A DNA stretch of 64,000 nt from Callorhinchus milii (taxonomy: Eukaryota), in NCBI RefSeq assembly GCF_018977255.1, contig NW_024704743.1:3908001-3972000 (forward strand), given 5' to 3'. Shown in pieces: positions 24,375 to 35,966 of the stretch. Both the position numbers and the translations under genes were made by a program. The number at the start of each line of letters is the position of its first letter. Position 1 is the stretch's first letter. The notes below the pieces were generated by a model, which saw nothing but the letters and a program-made list of their open reading frames with translations, was not told the DNA's origin and searched no databases.

Positions 24375-24481
24375 GGAACAAAAACAGAAGTCGCTGGGAA
24401 CGCTCAGCAGGGTCAGGCAGCATCCGTGGAGAAAGGAAAGTGGGTCGACCTTTCGGCTCCACGACCCCTTCGTCAGAACCC
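24375..24481 (-). mobile_element. Penelope-derived arm carrying a minimal type I hammerhead-like motif (24442-24481)
   Basis: The minus strand reads GGGTT-CTGACGA-aggggtcgtggagcc-GAAA-G-GTC-GACCC. GGGUU and GACCC can form helix I around a GUC triplet. Confidence 0.65.
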
Positions 24482-24544
24482 GGCGCGCTGGTTTTTCTGC
24501 CTGGCCACAACTCAAGCTCCCTCTGACTTGCAAGCCTGGCACTT

Positions 24545-25262
24545 GTCTTTGGGTCAGCCGGGTTGTCTGACACGCGCAGTAACCCATCACCGTGCTTAAG
24601 AGTATCCAAACCGAGCTGAGATTTCTATGCATCCCATCTATGCATGGAAATTCCAGAGATAAATTCTTGGAATGGAAGGCACACCCTCTCCCTGGAGGGA
24701 TGCACCCTGCTTACCTAATTCTGAGTTTAATCCACTAAAAGCTTTAAGTTAACGTGGAGAGCACTACCTCACGGATCTCCCGCCGGTTGTCCAGCTAGGA
24801 CCATCCTACCAGTTAGGCCTTTGGATTGCAGGGTTAACAGGAACTGAACGGGAAGGATCCCTGTTCCCAGTGACTGGTCTGCCCTTCCAGGTCCCGCCGA
24901 TGAGCCAGGTTGGCTGTGCTGTCATCAGCAATGCCCTGGAATACTGTGGACCTGTCTGGCTCATGAACCGGACTATCGAGACTGCTGAGCTCGATTTTGA
25001 CAGTCTGTTGCCAAACACATCACCTTGGAGCCAGTTCAGCTCCAAGGAAACCCCGCTTACCTCCCTTGAAAGGAGGACAGTCACTAGTTTGTATGAGTTG
25101 TATGGTACTGAGTTAAAGCAGTGTATAGGTCTAAAATTTCGCATGCTCTTAGGTTGAAGAACATTCCCTTAAAATTTGAGATTGGGTAAAATTTGGGGGA
25201 AGGAAATCTCAAATTCAGACTTAATTTGGTTTTGGATGTCGGTTTTGGATGCCTACTTCAAG
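24545..25262 (+). repeat. Unclassified dispersed repeat with a conserved hairpin and possible degenerate terminal inverted repeats
   Basis: Aligns by eye with 34155-34595 (-), 34635-34920 (+) and 36395-36520 (-). Confidence 0.7.
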
Positions 25263-26289
25263 TCCCGTCTAAAGATCTTCCCCTTCGATCGTGTCTTCAG
25301 CCACCCTCCCACCTCCACCTCCCCTGCACCCCTCCTGACCCCAACTCCCAGCTCGGGTCAAAAAAAAAACCCTGACTGTCCAGCGCCCTGGGATGTCTTT
25401 CCGATGTGAAGGGCGCCATACAAGTGCAACTTGTTGTTGTTGTTGAACCCACGACCTTCTGATTCAGGGGCAAAAAGGGCTGCCAATGGAGCCGGGCTAA
25501 CACTTGGGCAAAGGTGCTGTACATTCTCATGACCCCTGTGCTAGCAACGTATTATTACATTCAGGCGAGGAAATTAAAACCAAACAAAGTGGTTACACTT
25601 ACACAGGAGCTGGTTATTTACACACTGCAAATATTTAAGTAAAGAGGGTGAAGTTTTTTTTTCTATTTTGGATTATGCAAATGAATCCTGAATATTTACC
25701 CCAGAAAAACACAGAAACAATTATTCGACCACTGCAAGGCTCGCTGTGTAAACACGGTTACAGTTTTCCTAAAATGTTTGGCAAAGAAAACGAGCAAAAT
25801 TATTTCGTAAAAGGGGCTCTAGCTATCTTGGTGATTTGATGAGCAAACGTTTTGGGTGTGAATGGCCAATGACTGGAATGACCTTAAAAAACTGGAGTGA
25901 TTATGTCAATGTTTTAGGAACATAGGATGATAAAAGGCCAATCTAGTTCGCTTTCTGTATGGATTAGTCTACAACAGAGTGGAAAGCTTTGGGAATCTTA
26001 GATCCAAAGTTGTCTGTTCTTCCAAGTCACACTACACTACTGTATGTCACATCTCAAATTACTCTTATACTGTATCCCAAAATATTTTTTTCTCAAATAA
26101 ATCTAATTTGTATTTGAATGAATGTTACCTGAATGTTTTCTAAGACCCAAGGCTTAGAGATCTCAGAGTGTGTGCTTGGGTATTGTTGGGAGTTGAATCA
26201 GATCGCTTGCTATTGAAGCGCTCTGGGACGCTACACTGCATGAGTGACGCTATATAAATCCATGGCCTTGTCTCCTTCTACCTCTCTGA

Positions 26290-26675
26290 CCTGCTGACTC
26301 CCTACCAACCTTCCCGCTCCCTCCATTCATTGGGCTCCGGTCTGCTCCATGTCTCCCGCCCGACCCGCCCTACCATCAGTGGCCGGGCTTTCAGCCTTTC
26401 TGCCCCCACATTCTGGAACTCCATCCCACGGTCCCTTCTCCTCGCTTCCTCCTTCAAGGTCGGTCTCAAGACCCTTCTCTTCGACCGTGCCTTTGGTCTC
26501 CCTCCCCCCTCTCTGCCTTCCCTCACCCCCTACACCCCCCCTCCCCCATGTTCGGGCCCCGACACCTGACTGTTCGGCGCTTTGGGACGTCCTCCCAACG
26601 TGAAAGGCGCTCTATTAATGTAATTTTATTGTTGTTGTTGTAAATGCAAGTTGTAGTTCTAGTTGTTGTTGTTGC
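26290..26675 (+). mobile_element. L2 LINE ORF2 C-terminus and 3' UTR/tail
   Basis: Peptide GRAFSLSAPTFWNSIPRSL...SFKVGLKTLLFDRAF, then the tail gcgctttgggacgtcctcccaacgtgaaaggcgc and (TTG)n. Confidence 0.9.
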
Positions 26676-27379
26676 AATGAAAGCAACTGTCTTGCCAGCT
26701 ACCCACAGCTTGGCCTTCAGTGCCCTGTGAACAAATGGGGTGAATAAAAAGGTTTGACAAACAGATTGTAATGAGTTTCCCCCAGTGCCTGGCCTGCACC
26801 CTCTGATAACATTCACTTTATTCCCGTTTGGGTGACACAAATCGACTGCTGTTGAATTCACCTGGAAAACACACAGTCACTGTATTTTCCGTAAAGCCTG
26901 TGAACCACTTTGAAACATCCTCCTGATGTGAAAGGCACTATACCAAATGCGAGAATTGTCACTCATTATCCTAAAATCGCCCCTGTTTAAATCTTTTCAC
27001 TCAGTCAGTTACGCTTACAGTAAATATTATTTGACCCCACTTCCTCCCCTCCACGCTAATATTTTCATCTCAATCTTAGGAATGCGTAATTTCGTAATAC
27101 GCCCTTGGAATTTTTACCCTTCACTATCTGGAGGAGGTAAAAGGCTTGAGGTAAAAGGCCAAAAGGTCGAACATTGTGAAGCCGGACAGAAAGGACAGAA
27201 GTTGTCAATCACACATCGTTTAAACAACGTCCTTGAAAGAAGATGGTTTCATTTTATGCATTAATACTCCGAGGGTTAATCTGCAAAATTGTGGCTATAT
27301 TTTCCAAGCAACGTCCAGTTTATCACAGGATGTATGGAAGCAACAATTACTGACAGGTGAGTCTTCTGCATTTAGTGCG

Positions 27380-27815
27380 TTGATAATAATAAATAATAAT
27401 GATGTTACATTAGATGTAGCGGCTTATCACATGGTTGAGATGTCACAAAGTGCTTCACGAGATTTATTGCAAAGTGTATTAGCAACAGGCAATTTGCTCA
27501 CAGCAATGTCCTACAAACAGTCAAGAAGTGAATGGCCAACTATATTTGGGGGAATCATTGGCTAGGACATCAGGAGAAACTCTTGTGCCTTTTTTGAAAA
27601 GTGCCGTGGGATTGCTAACGTCCACCTAAACAGACAAGTGGGGGCCTTGGTTTAACATCTTATCTGAAGGAAAGCAAATCCAACAATGTGCATTCCCCCT
27701 TGCAACGGCACTGGAATGTCATCCTAAGTTGTGAGTACAAAGTCACGGCGTGGGGCTTGAACCCACAATCTTCTCATCTGGAGGCAAGAGTGGTATCAAT
27801 GAGCCAGGTTTGACA
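27380..27815 (-). mobile_element. SacSINE1-like DeuSINE, near full length
   Basis: Reverse-complement head (ggggcttgaacccacaatcttctc...gaggcaagagtg...gagccagg), Deu body and tail. Confidence 0.75.
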
Positions 27816-28049
27816 TTTGTTTGAGCTCCCCTCAGTTTTTTTTTAATCACCAAAATATGTTTGTTTTGGACAATAAAATCTCGCAGAAAAGATTCTGAGA
27901 GTAGAGATAGTGAAAAATCATTCCTGCTGCTTGCAACTGGGGAAATAAGACAGTATAAGGTCAGGATCATCACGGGACGAGTCAAGGAGAAGTTAGAAAA
28001 ATAGAACAATATTCCTTGCATTTTGTATCAAAACATTAGATAATTATTT

Positions 28050-28190
28050 GCGGAGGACAAGTTTGCAGGGCTATGGGGAGAGAGCGGGGGAGTGGGATTG
28101 AATTGGATAGCTCTTTTCATAGAGCCGGCACAGACACAATGTGCCGAATAGCCTCCTTCTGTGCTGTATAATTCAATGATTCCATGATCT
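28050..28190 (+). mobile_element. CR1 LINE 3' terminus
   Basis: ggctatggggagagagcggg...gccgaatagcctccttctgtgctgta...ttc(a/c)atga repeats, typical of shark CR1 tails. A reverse copy lies at ~50140-50220. Confidence 0.8.
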
Positions 28191-30327
28191 CAAAGTGCTT
28201 CAGTGCTGTATGTAAAATGTAGTGACTGTGGCTAGCTCGGGGAGTCAGCGGGAAGGAAGAGGAGTTTGGTAACCCAAGCGAAGTCCAGAACCAGAAGGGC
28301 TGAGACGTATGTGAGATCCACATGTTCGTTGATCCCATGCAAGTTGTTATGTAATGCTCTTATTATTTCTGTTGCACTTGAAGGCTCCTTCTGCCGGGTT
28401 AGATGCGGTTCAAATGGTTATAACATCTGTATGAAGCAGTACCGCTCTATGTTCTACTTTGGACCAAAATGGCTGAGTGATGAGGGTGTTGTCCCTACTG
28501 AAAGCTTGCTGACGATGACAGAGTATTTTGAGGACAGCGGTAGGTCTGAGAGTGCTCCTCCTCCTGTAATGGGTCCTGGCTGTAGAGCGATAACAACAAA
28601 AAGTACATGGATATTAATTATAACATTAAAAAACCATCATCTGCTCGTGATTTAAATAGAATACTTATTGGGCAAACTGCACTGTGCAGAATTGACTCCG
28701 CTTGTGAGAAGATCCTTGATAATATTCTACGACCATGTTGGACACAAGATAACGGGGTCGTCCTTATTGGCAGAATTAATTTTGTCCTCGCGTCTCCCTT
28801 CTGAATATCTCCTTTTATTTACGCTGTAATTATAACTTTCAAGAGGTAACAGCATAAACCTTTGGGGAAATGTGTAGGACAAATCTTTCAGTTCAGCTCA
28901 ATAACACTTATGCATTAAGTCCTTGATTTTCAGCACCTAAACTTGTACAAGTTGGTTTTGTTCTCCAGCCTGGTTAATAATAGAATCTTTGTTACAATCC
29001 CTCCTTTCTCTACCCTGCGAGACACGTAATTCTCTGTCCCTGAGTTTTCTTGATAAGCCACAGCGCTGAAGGAAGTACAATAGCGCCATTGTCACAAATT
29101 ACTGAGCTGATAATGTTGCGTGACATCAAGGTCAATGGTGTTATTTGCAAGGAGAAGGCACAGATTGAAATGCAAGGGGATTCAAATTGGACGGATTTCT
29201 AGTGCGGTGGAGACTGTGCATTAAAATCGTTAACATTGCTGTGCTGGCAAATTATTCTTCCATACCTTTGTTATTAATTTTATAACACGTTCAGCGTGAC
29301 TAATTTTGTAGCTGCTTATACCAAAAGCATGGAAAAAAAAAGACATTGCCTCGATCTTCTCCCTCACTGGCAAAGCACAGTCAACTCGGATACAAGACTG
29401 CACACACTGAACGATAGGTCTTCCTTCCATCACCCCCACCATCACTCTCTCCGCCCCCCCTCCCCTACCACCCCCTGCTTCAGGTCGAACGGTTTAATAA
29501 GATAATAAGATGCAGATTATTATGCCTTGCGCTTGGGGAACTGAGCTGTTGCTTCAGCAGCCATCTTGGAGCTCAGCCATGTTACGTCTGCTGGGAATTA
29601 ATTTCATTCTTTCTCTTTCAAGGTCTTCTTCCAAGAGGAAACCATTGCCCCAAGACCTTTGGATTCAATTCAACTCTGGTGTAGGACTCCAAATCGAATG
29701 CTTCAGACAGGCTACTATCTCGTTCAGGGCAAGACCTCAGACAAGTCTCCTTACTCCACACACCTCTGTTTACCTAGCAGTAACTAGGAACCCGGTTGCT
29801 GGTCGGATGGCGGATCGCTTTTCAGGGGGTAATAATCCCTAAAATAAATCCCTACAATCCCTTAAAACAATACTAATTTAGTCACTGAATCCACGACTAC
29901 TTGCGGGGACGCTGCTGTGTACAATCGGCTGCCGCGATTCACCCACAAAGTACAAAGTCAGTTCACTTTACTCATCTGAAAGGCACCAACTCCAAATGCA
30001 CCATTTCCACCCCCACCGCGCCCCCCCACCCCCCGCCCAGTACTGCAACGGAGCATCAGCCTAGACCACAAGCTCAAGTCCTCATGTGGGGTTTGAACCT
30101 CCATCTCCCAGACACAATACTGCCTACTGAGCCAGCTTGACACCTGCAAGTTTACCTGCAAGTTTAGATGTCAGCCGAGCTCAGTTGGTAGGATTCTTCC
30201 CTCCGAGTCAGAGGTTTGTGGGTTCAAACCCCACATAAAGACGTTAAGCTCAGTCTAGGCTGGCACCCCAATACAGTGCTGGGGGTATGTTACATTATCA
30301 GCGGTGCCATCCTTCAGATGAAACCTA

Positions 30328-30655
30328 ATAATTATAATAATAATCCTTGCATTTGATACAGCGCCTTATCACGTCTTCGAGACGTCTCAAAGCGCTTCAC
30401 AGGATATACTGTAAAGTGAATTGACTGCATATTTTGTGGGCGAAACGAGGCAGGCAATTGCGCACAGCAGCGTCCCAAAAGTCGTGGGTTCAGTGACCAA
30501 TTTATTATCATTTTTTTTTGAAGGGTTTATCATCATCCTACTTACTGCTCGGTAAACGGAGGCGTGTGGAGAAAGGAAACTTGCCCAACGCTTTACCCTG
30601 CCAGTAATCTAACCCAGGTCCCTCACTTGCGAGGCGAGTGCTCTAACCGCCGAGC
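30328..30655 (-). mobile_element. tRNA-derived SINE inserted into an older DeuSINE (30170-30325, resuming ~30665)
   Basis: Reverse-complement copy. The flanks cagatgaaac / gaaacattaaacc continue the older element. Confidence 0.85.
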
Positions 30656-32210
30656 CCCTAACCACTGAAACATTAAACCAAATCCCTTTAATGTCATTTT
30701 TTCCTTTAGCATTTATCCAATTTCCTTTAAACGGTGTTACGGACCCGATTTAGGCAGCCATTTGTGGTAGAGCATCTCATGTTCCAACAAATCCCTGTGC
30801 AAAAAAAAAAATCTTCTTACTTCCTTCTCATGCGACGGCTTAAGAATGGAAAGATTACATTTTTAGACCAGCAAATTGAATAATTTAAAATGATGAGGTT
30901 CTAAAACATTCAAACCTATTACTTTGTTTTCCTCGAGAGACTGAAAATGGGCCATTCAACAGCCGGTGAGAATACCAGAGAGATTCATGCAAGGAATCTT
31001 CAGGTCTGTCAGCTGTTCGTTCCAAAATAGGTTAACAGAGGGAGTGAAGTGAGTAAATAGGGCTCATTCACCCCCAAACTGGAATGCATTTCAGATTTTC
31101 ATCTTGAGAGATTGTGGAGAATTAATTGATTTAACGGTAACAATTCGTCTCACTGTAAGAAGTGTTGCTCAAATTTATTTGGGTTCTGATTGTCTACTGG
31201 TGTCTCATTATTTCTAGATAACTGCACTGAAATAATAATAGTAATAATAGCCCTTGCATTCGATACAGCTCCCTGCCACGTTAGGAGGATGGCTCAAAGC
31301 ATTTCACAAGATTTTATTGCAAAATGTAGTGACTGTGTATTTTATAGGGAATGCATAGGCCAATTCGCGCACAGAAGTGCCCGGCAAAAAGCCATGAAAT
31401 GAAATTGACACTATACATGTGTGGTAATAATAATAATAATAAATATATATGTATAAATAATAATAATCTTTGCATTTTTAATATCCCCGCATTTGATATA
31501 GCGCTTTTAACGTCTTCGCGCCGTCTCAAAGCGCTTCACAGAATATGCTGTAAAGTGAATTGACTGTATATTTGTGAGCGAAGCACACAGTCACTACACT
31601 TTACGGTGTATCCTGTGAGGCGGTTTGAGACATCTCAAAGACCCAATAAGGCGCTGTATCAATGTCCAAGGATTATTATTATTATTATTATTATTCTGTG
31701 AGTTGGCAGCCAAAGAAAATACACGATGCGCAAAAGTGATAATTATACCGAACCTTAGCGCGTTTTTCTGTCCAATTGTACCCACTTCAATAAAATTTCA
31801 GGGACAGAATATAATTGAGTTCCGCTGCCTGATCTTAAATCTGTATATTTTGAGTAAGTCTCTCAAATAGCAATACTGCTTTTGAGTTCCACTTTTCTTT
31901 TTATTGGCACGGATGAAAGTGCACATCGGTGCGGCTTCACATCAGTTAGTGAATTTAATGAACTCCAGGTCAGTAAAAGTTGTCGGATTTCAAACAAACA
32001 AAATCAATTTCAGTTACGAAGCTCTGAAGTGGCTGATGTAGGAAATGGAAAAATTGAACTGGTCCAGTAAAGAGTGTTTCTCTGAGGTTAGCTCCGGCTG
32101 ACTCAGATTGTTATAATCTGAGTCAGGAGGCTGTGAGTTTAAGCTCCACGTCGGGACTTTGCACTCAAGGTCCAGGCTGACGGAGGTGCCATCCTTCCAA
32201 TGAGATGATG

Positions 32211-32242
<32 letters not shown>

Positions 32243-32698
32243 CCTTGCACTTGATATCGCACTTTATCCCATTTATTCGAGACGTCTCAAAGCTCTTCAC
32301 ACAATATACTGTAAAGTGAACTGACTGTATATGTTGTGGGCGAAACGCAGCACAGCAGCGTCCCCACAAACAGTTATAATAATAATAATAATAATCCTTG
32401 CATTTGATATTGCGCTTTTCATGTCAGGAGGACATCCCAAAGCGCTTCACAGAACACACTGTAAAGTGAATTGACTGTATACTTGTGGGCGAACGCGGCA
32501 GCCAATTGCGCACAGCAATGTCCCACAAACAGTCGTAGATTGAAAATGACCAATTTATTATTGTTTTGGTTTTGGAGGGATTATTATTAGGCTCTGTGTG
32601 GAGTAAGGAAACTTGCCCAAGGTTTCGCCCTCTGCCTGGAATTGAACTCAGGTCTCTCACTTCAAAGCGAGTGCTTTAACCACTGAGCTACAGGACTC
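32211..32698 (-). mobile_element. Two tandem SINE copies (32211-32372 partial; 32378-32698 full length, short subfamily)
   Basis: Each begins with (TAA)n followed by ccttgca(c/t)ttgatat. Confidence 0.9.
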
Positions 32699-33351
32699 CC
32701 CACGTGTGAATGTGAAACCAAGTTCCCATCTGCCTGTTCAGGTCCCCCGACACTACCTGAAGGAGAAGGGAGTTTCTCCAGATGTCCTGACTACACAATC
32801 CCCCAAATATAATCGGTCACTTACTTCATGGCTGTCTGTGCCACATTGCTGGGCACAAATTGGCTGCCTACAAATGCACGGTCACTACACTTCACGGTGA
32901 AAATCCTGCGAAGGGGTTTGAGATGTGAAAATAATAAGGTGCGAGGATAACAAAAAATAAAAATTATGATTATTTTTATTGTTATAAGCTAAAAAGGCAC
33001 AGAGTATAAAAAAAAGACACTTAGAGCCTATCAAGACTCCTCTTTCCACATAAACTTTGCATTTAGCTTCTTTTCTCTATTACTACTTTTGACTTTAGTG
33101 AACCCTAAGATAGTTTCTCACTGATTTTTTTTTTTAAAAATGGATGAAACTATTCAACAATCGCTCCAGATAAAATTAGTTATTCACTTTATGGCTGTTT
33201 GTGGGACATTGCTGTGCACAAATTGGCTGTGGTATTCACGAATCAAATTCATTTTATAATAAAAGTCCTCTAAAACGATTTAAGATGTCCATCCGTCTGA
33301 CCTGAAAGGCACTCTTTCAAATTCAAGAAGTATTATTAATAGTCCAATTTA

Positions 33352-33640
33352 CAGCGGTCAGAGCATTCGCCTCGCGGGCGAGAGACCCGGGTTCGATTCC
33401 CGGCAGAGCGAAACCTTGGGCAAGTTTCCTACTCCACGTGCTTGACAATAATTCCTCAAGAAATAAAATAATAAATTGATCACTTCAATCCACGACTAAT
33501 TGAGGGACGCTGCTGTGCGCAACTGGCTGCCATGTTTCGCCCGCAAAATATACAATCAGTTCACTTTACGGTACATTCTGTGGAGCGCATTGAGACGTCT
33601 AAGAAGACGTGAAAAGCGCTATATCAAATGCAAGGATTAT
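33352..33640 (+). mobile_element. tRNA-derived SINE, with an inverted 3' fragment at 33668-33765
   Basis: Head, core and tail are recognisable. Confidence 0.85.
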
Positions 33641-34154
33641 AATTTATTATCTTTTATTAGTCCAACTTATAATCCTTGCATTTGAAATTGTGCCTTATCA
33701 CGTCGTCGAGACGTCTCAAAGCGCTTCACAGGATATGCTGTAAAGCGGATTGACTGTGGGTGAAACTTGTTTTTTTGCTGGGTGAATAAACTTATCCAGT
33801 ATCTGAGACGTAGTGCATCTTCCCTTAATTCTCGCAATCGTCTCTTAATGTGCGTTGCACAGAATGCTCACTTTGGAAATATTCCGTAGCATCTCCCAGC
33901 TCCCGACTTTGTGATGTAAATTTCAAACGCTGAGCTCAAATGAGTTTAATATTTGGTCAACTTCTTTGTGTTTAGAACAATCTGCCTAGCGTGTAATCCA
34001 AGTTAATCTTTAAAAATATTACCGCTGTGCTGCTAATACCTTTCTCTCCGAAAATCTAAAAGCAGGCAGTCGCGAAGATATGGATAATGATTGATTTCGG
34101 CCCCTTGATTTGTGTGTTTAATCTCTACCACAAGCGAAAAGATCAGCTTAGCTT

Positions 34155-34920
34155 CTATCCTCCTTGGGGACAAGGTAAGTAGTGCTCTCCTTGGAACTGA
34201 ACCGGTTCCAAGGTGACACGTTTGACACTGGAACGTCTATGATACTTAAACGCTACCCCGCGTGAAGGTATAAATGCAAGTGGTTGCTGTCGTCGTCGAA
34301 TCGCGCCGACGGTCTCTGGAGTCTCGATAATCCGGTTTGTGAGCCAGGCAGTATTCCGAGGCACTGAAAGAACAGCCGTCTTTCAACGGCAGGACTCGGA
34401 GAGGCAGACCAGCGGACACTCCTGGGGTTCCCACGCCTCGGCATCTCTCCAATCCGGCCCTGATACTCTCCCGGAACTAGGAATGCGGGGGAGCCGACCT
34501 TCCTGGGAAAGGCATGGAACTCTCAGTTCCGTTTGAATGCTCCAAAGCACAGCGATGGGGTTTCTGCGTGTGTCAGACCCACGGCTGACCGAAAAAAAAA
34601 AACATCTTAAGGCTCAGATCGTGAGACATTACGGCCTCCAAATCAGACTTGAAGTTCCACGTATGTAAGGCGCCAACACATCGAAATTTCCCCGGGCCTG
34701 GAACGGAGTGCGCATTCTCTCCCTGGAGGGACGTACCCTGCTTAACTAGACACGGAGAGTGTTCAGGCAGGTTGGCAAGAGCCAAGGTTTGGGGGGACCC
34801 CCCCTGACTGTGTGTTGGGGTAACTCCTGAAGTTTGACCAGCTAAAACCACACAGCTCGTCGTTGACAGCACTATCTGGCAGGCTTCCTGCCGCTCATTC
34901 AGCTAGAGCTACCTTAGCTG
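34155..34920. repeat. Two head-to-head fragments of the unclassified 24.5-25.3 kb repeat
   Basis: The reverse complement of 34155-34595 matches 24548-24635 plus 24812-25080. Positions 34635-34920 match 24603-24810 in the forward orientation. Confidence 0.7.
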
Positions 34921-34944
34921 TGATGTCTTTGGTTTGCAGCTTAT

Positions 34945-35385
34945 TAATAATAATAATCTTTGCATTTGGTGCAGTGCCTGTCATGTTGGGAGGACATACC
35001 AAAGCGCTTCACAGCATTGACCGTTGAGAGTAGTGACTGCGTGTTTTGTGGGGCGAACACGGGAGCCAATTTGCGCACGGCAATGTCCCGCAAATAGAAA
35101 AGGAAGCGAATGACTAACTTTATTGTGGAGGATTGTTGGCCAGGACACCGAGACAAACTCCCCTTTTCTTCGCGGATACCGTTATAGGATCTTTATCATC
35201 CACTCGAACAGGTAGATCGGACCTCGGTTTAATGTCTCAGCCAAAGCAACAGCAACCCCCCCCCCCCCAGCCCCAGCACAGCATTGAAACGTCAACTTAG
35301 ACTACGCGAGTTCAAATCCCTACTTGGGGCTTGAACCCACAACCGACTCAGAGGCAAGAGCGCCACCGGTAAGCCAGGATGACAC
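34945..35385 (-). mobile_element. SacSINE1-like DeuSINE
   Basis: Reverse-complement head at ~35325-35385, plus Deu body and tail. Confidence 0.75.
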
Positions 35386-35966
35386 ACAATAACTTCACAA
35401 CTTCTCGCTCCGAGGGAAAAGGGCTCAGCGACGAGCCACTTGAAGCGGCAAGTCAGGCGTATGTCAAAATACGTAAGTAAATTAACAGGCGCTGAGTGGG
35501 AAGAATGGGGAGACGAGGTGCTAATCCGAGATACCTGGCTCGAAGCTGCTTTCTTTCGGTTCTGTCGCTCAGCAAAACCTCGTCCTCGAAATTCGTTTCA
35601 AGACGCCAACGACAGGCAACTTCAGATGAACGCCAATTCGGGGCCCAACTCACCGACTGCTGCGTGTTGCTGAGCGCTTTCAGGTCGAAATAAAAACACG
35701 AAGTGAAACAAAAAAAATAATTGCAAGATTTGGACAAAAAGCTTCCTGAAATCTACTGCCGCTTCAAGGCTTACAGAAACAGCGTCAAGCAACAGGACAG
35801 AGTGACAGAGACAGAGAGGATTGAATGCAATATTCTTTACTGTCTATCAGCTCACGAGCAATGCTTTCAATGATATTCTATACGGTTTCAGCTGGTTAAA
35901 CTCCAGCAGTATCCCAACACATACCCAAGGCTTGGCTCTTGCCAACCAGCACCTAACACCAACAAG

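Noticed and set aside
24870..25157. ORF with ALEYCGPVW...SLERRTV resembling a LINE RT C-terminus
   Set aside because: The homologous 34 kb copy lacks the bases giving this motif and does not keep the frame. Not supportable as a LINE without a search.
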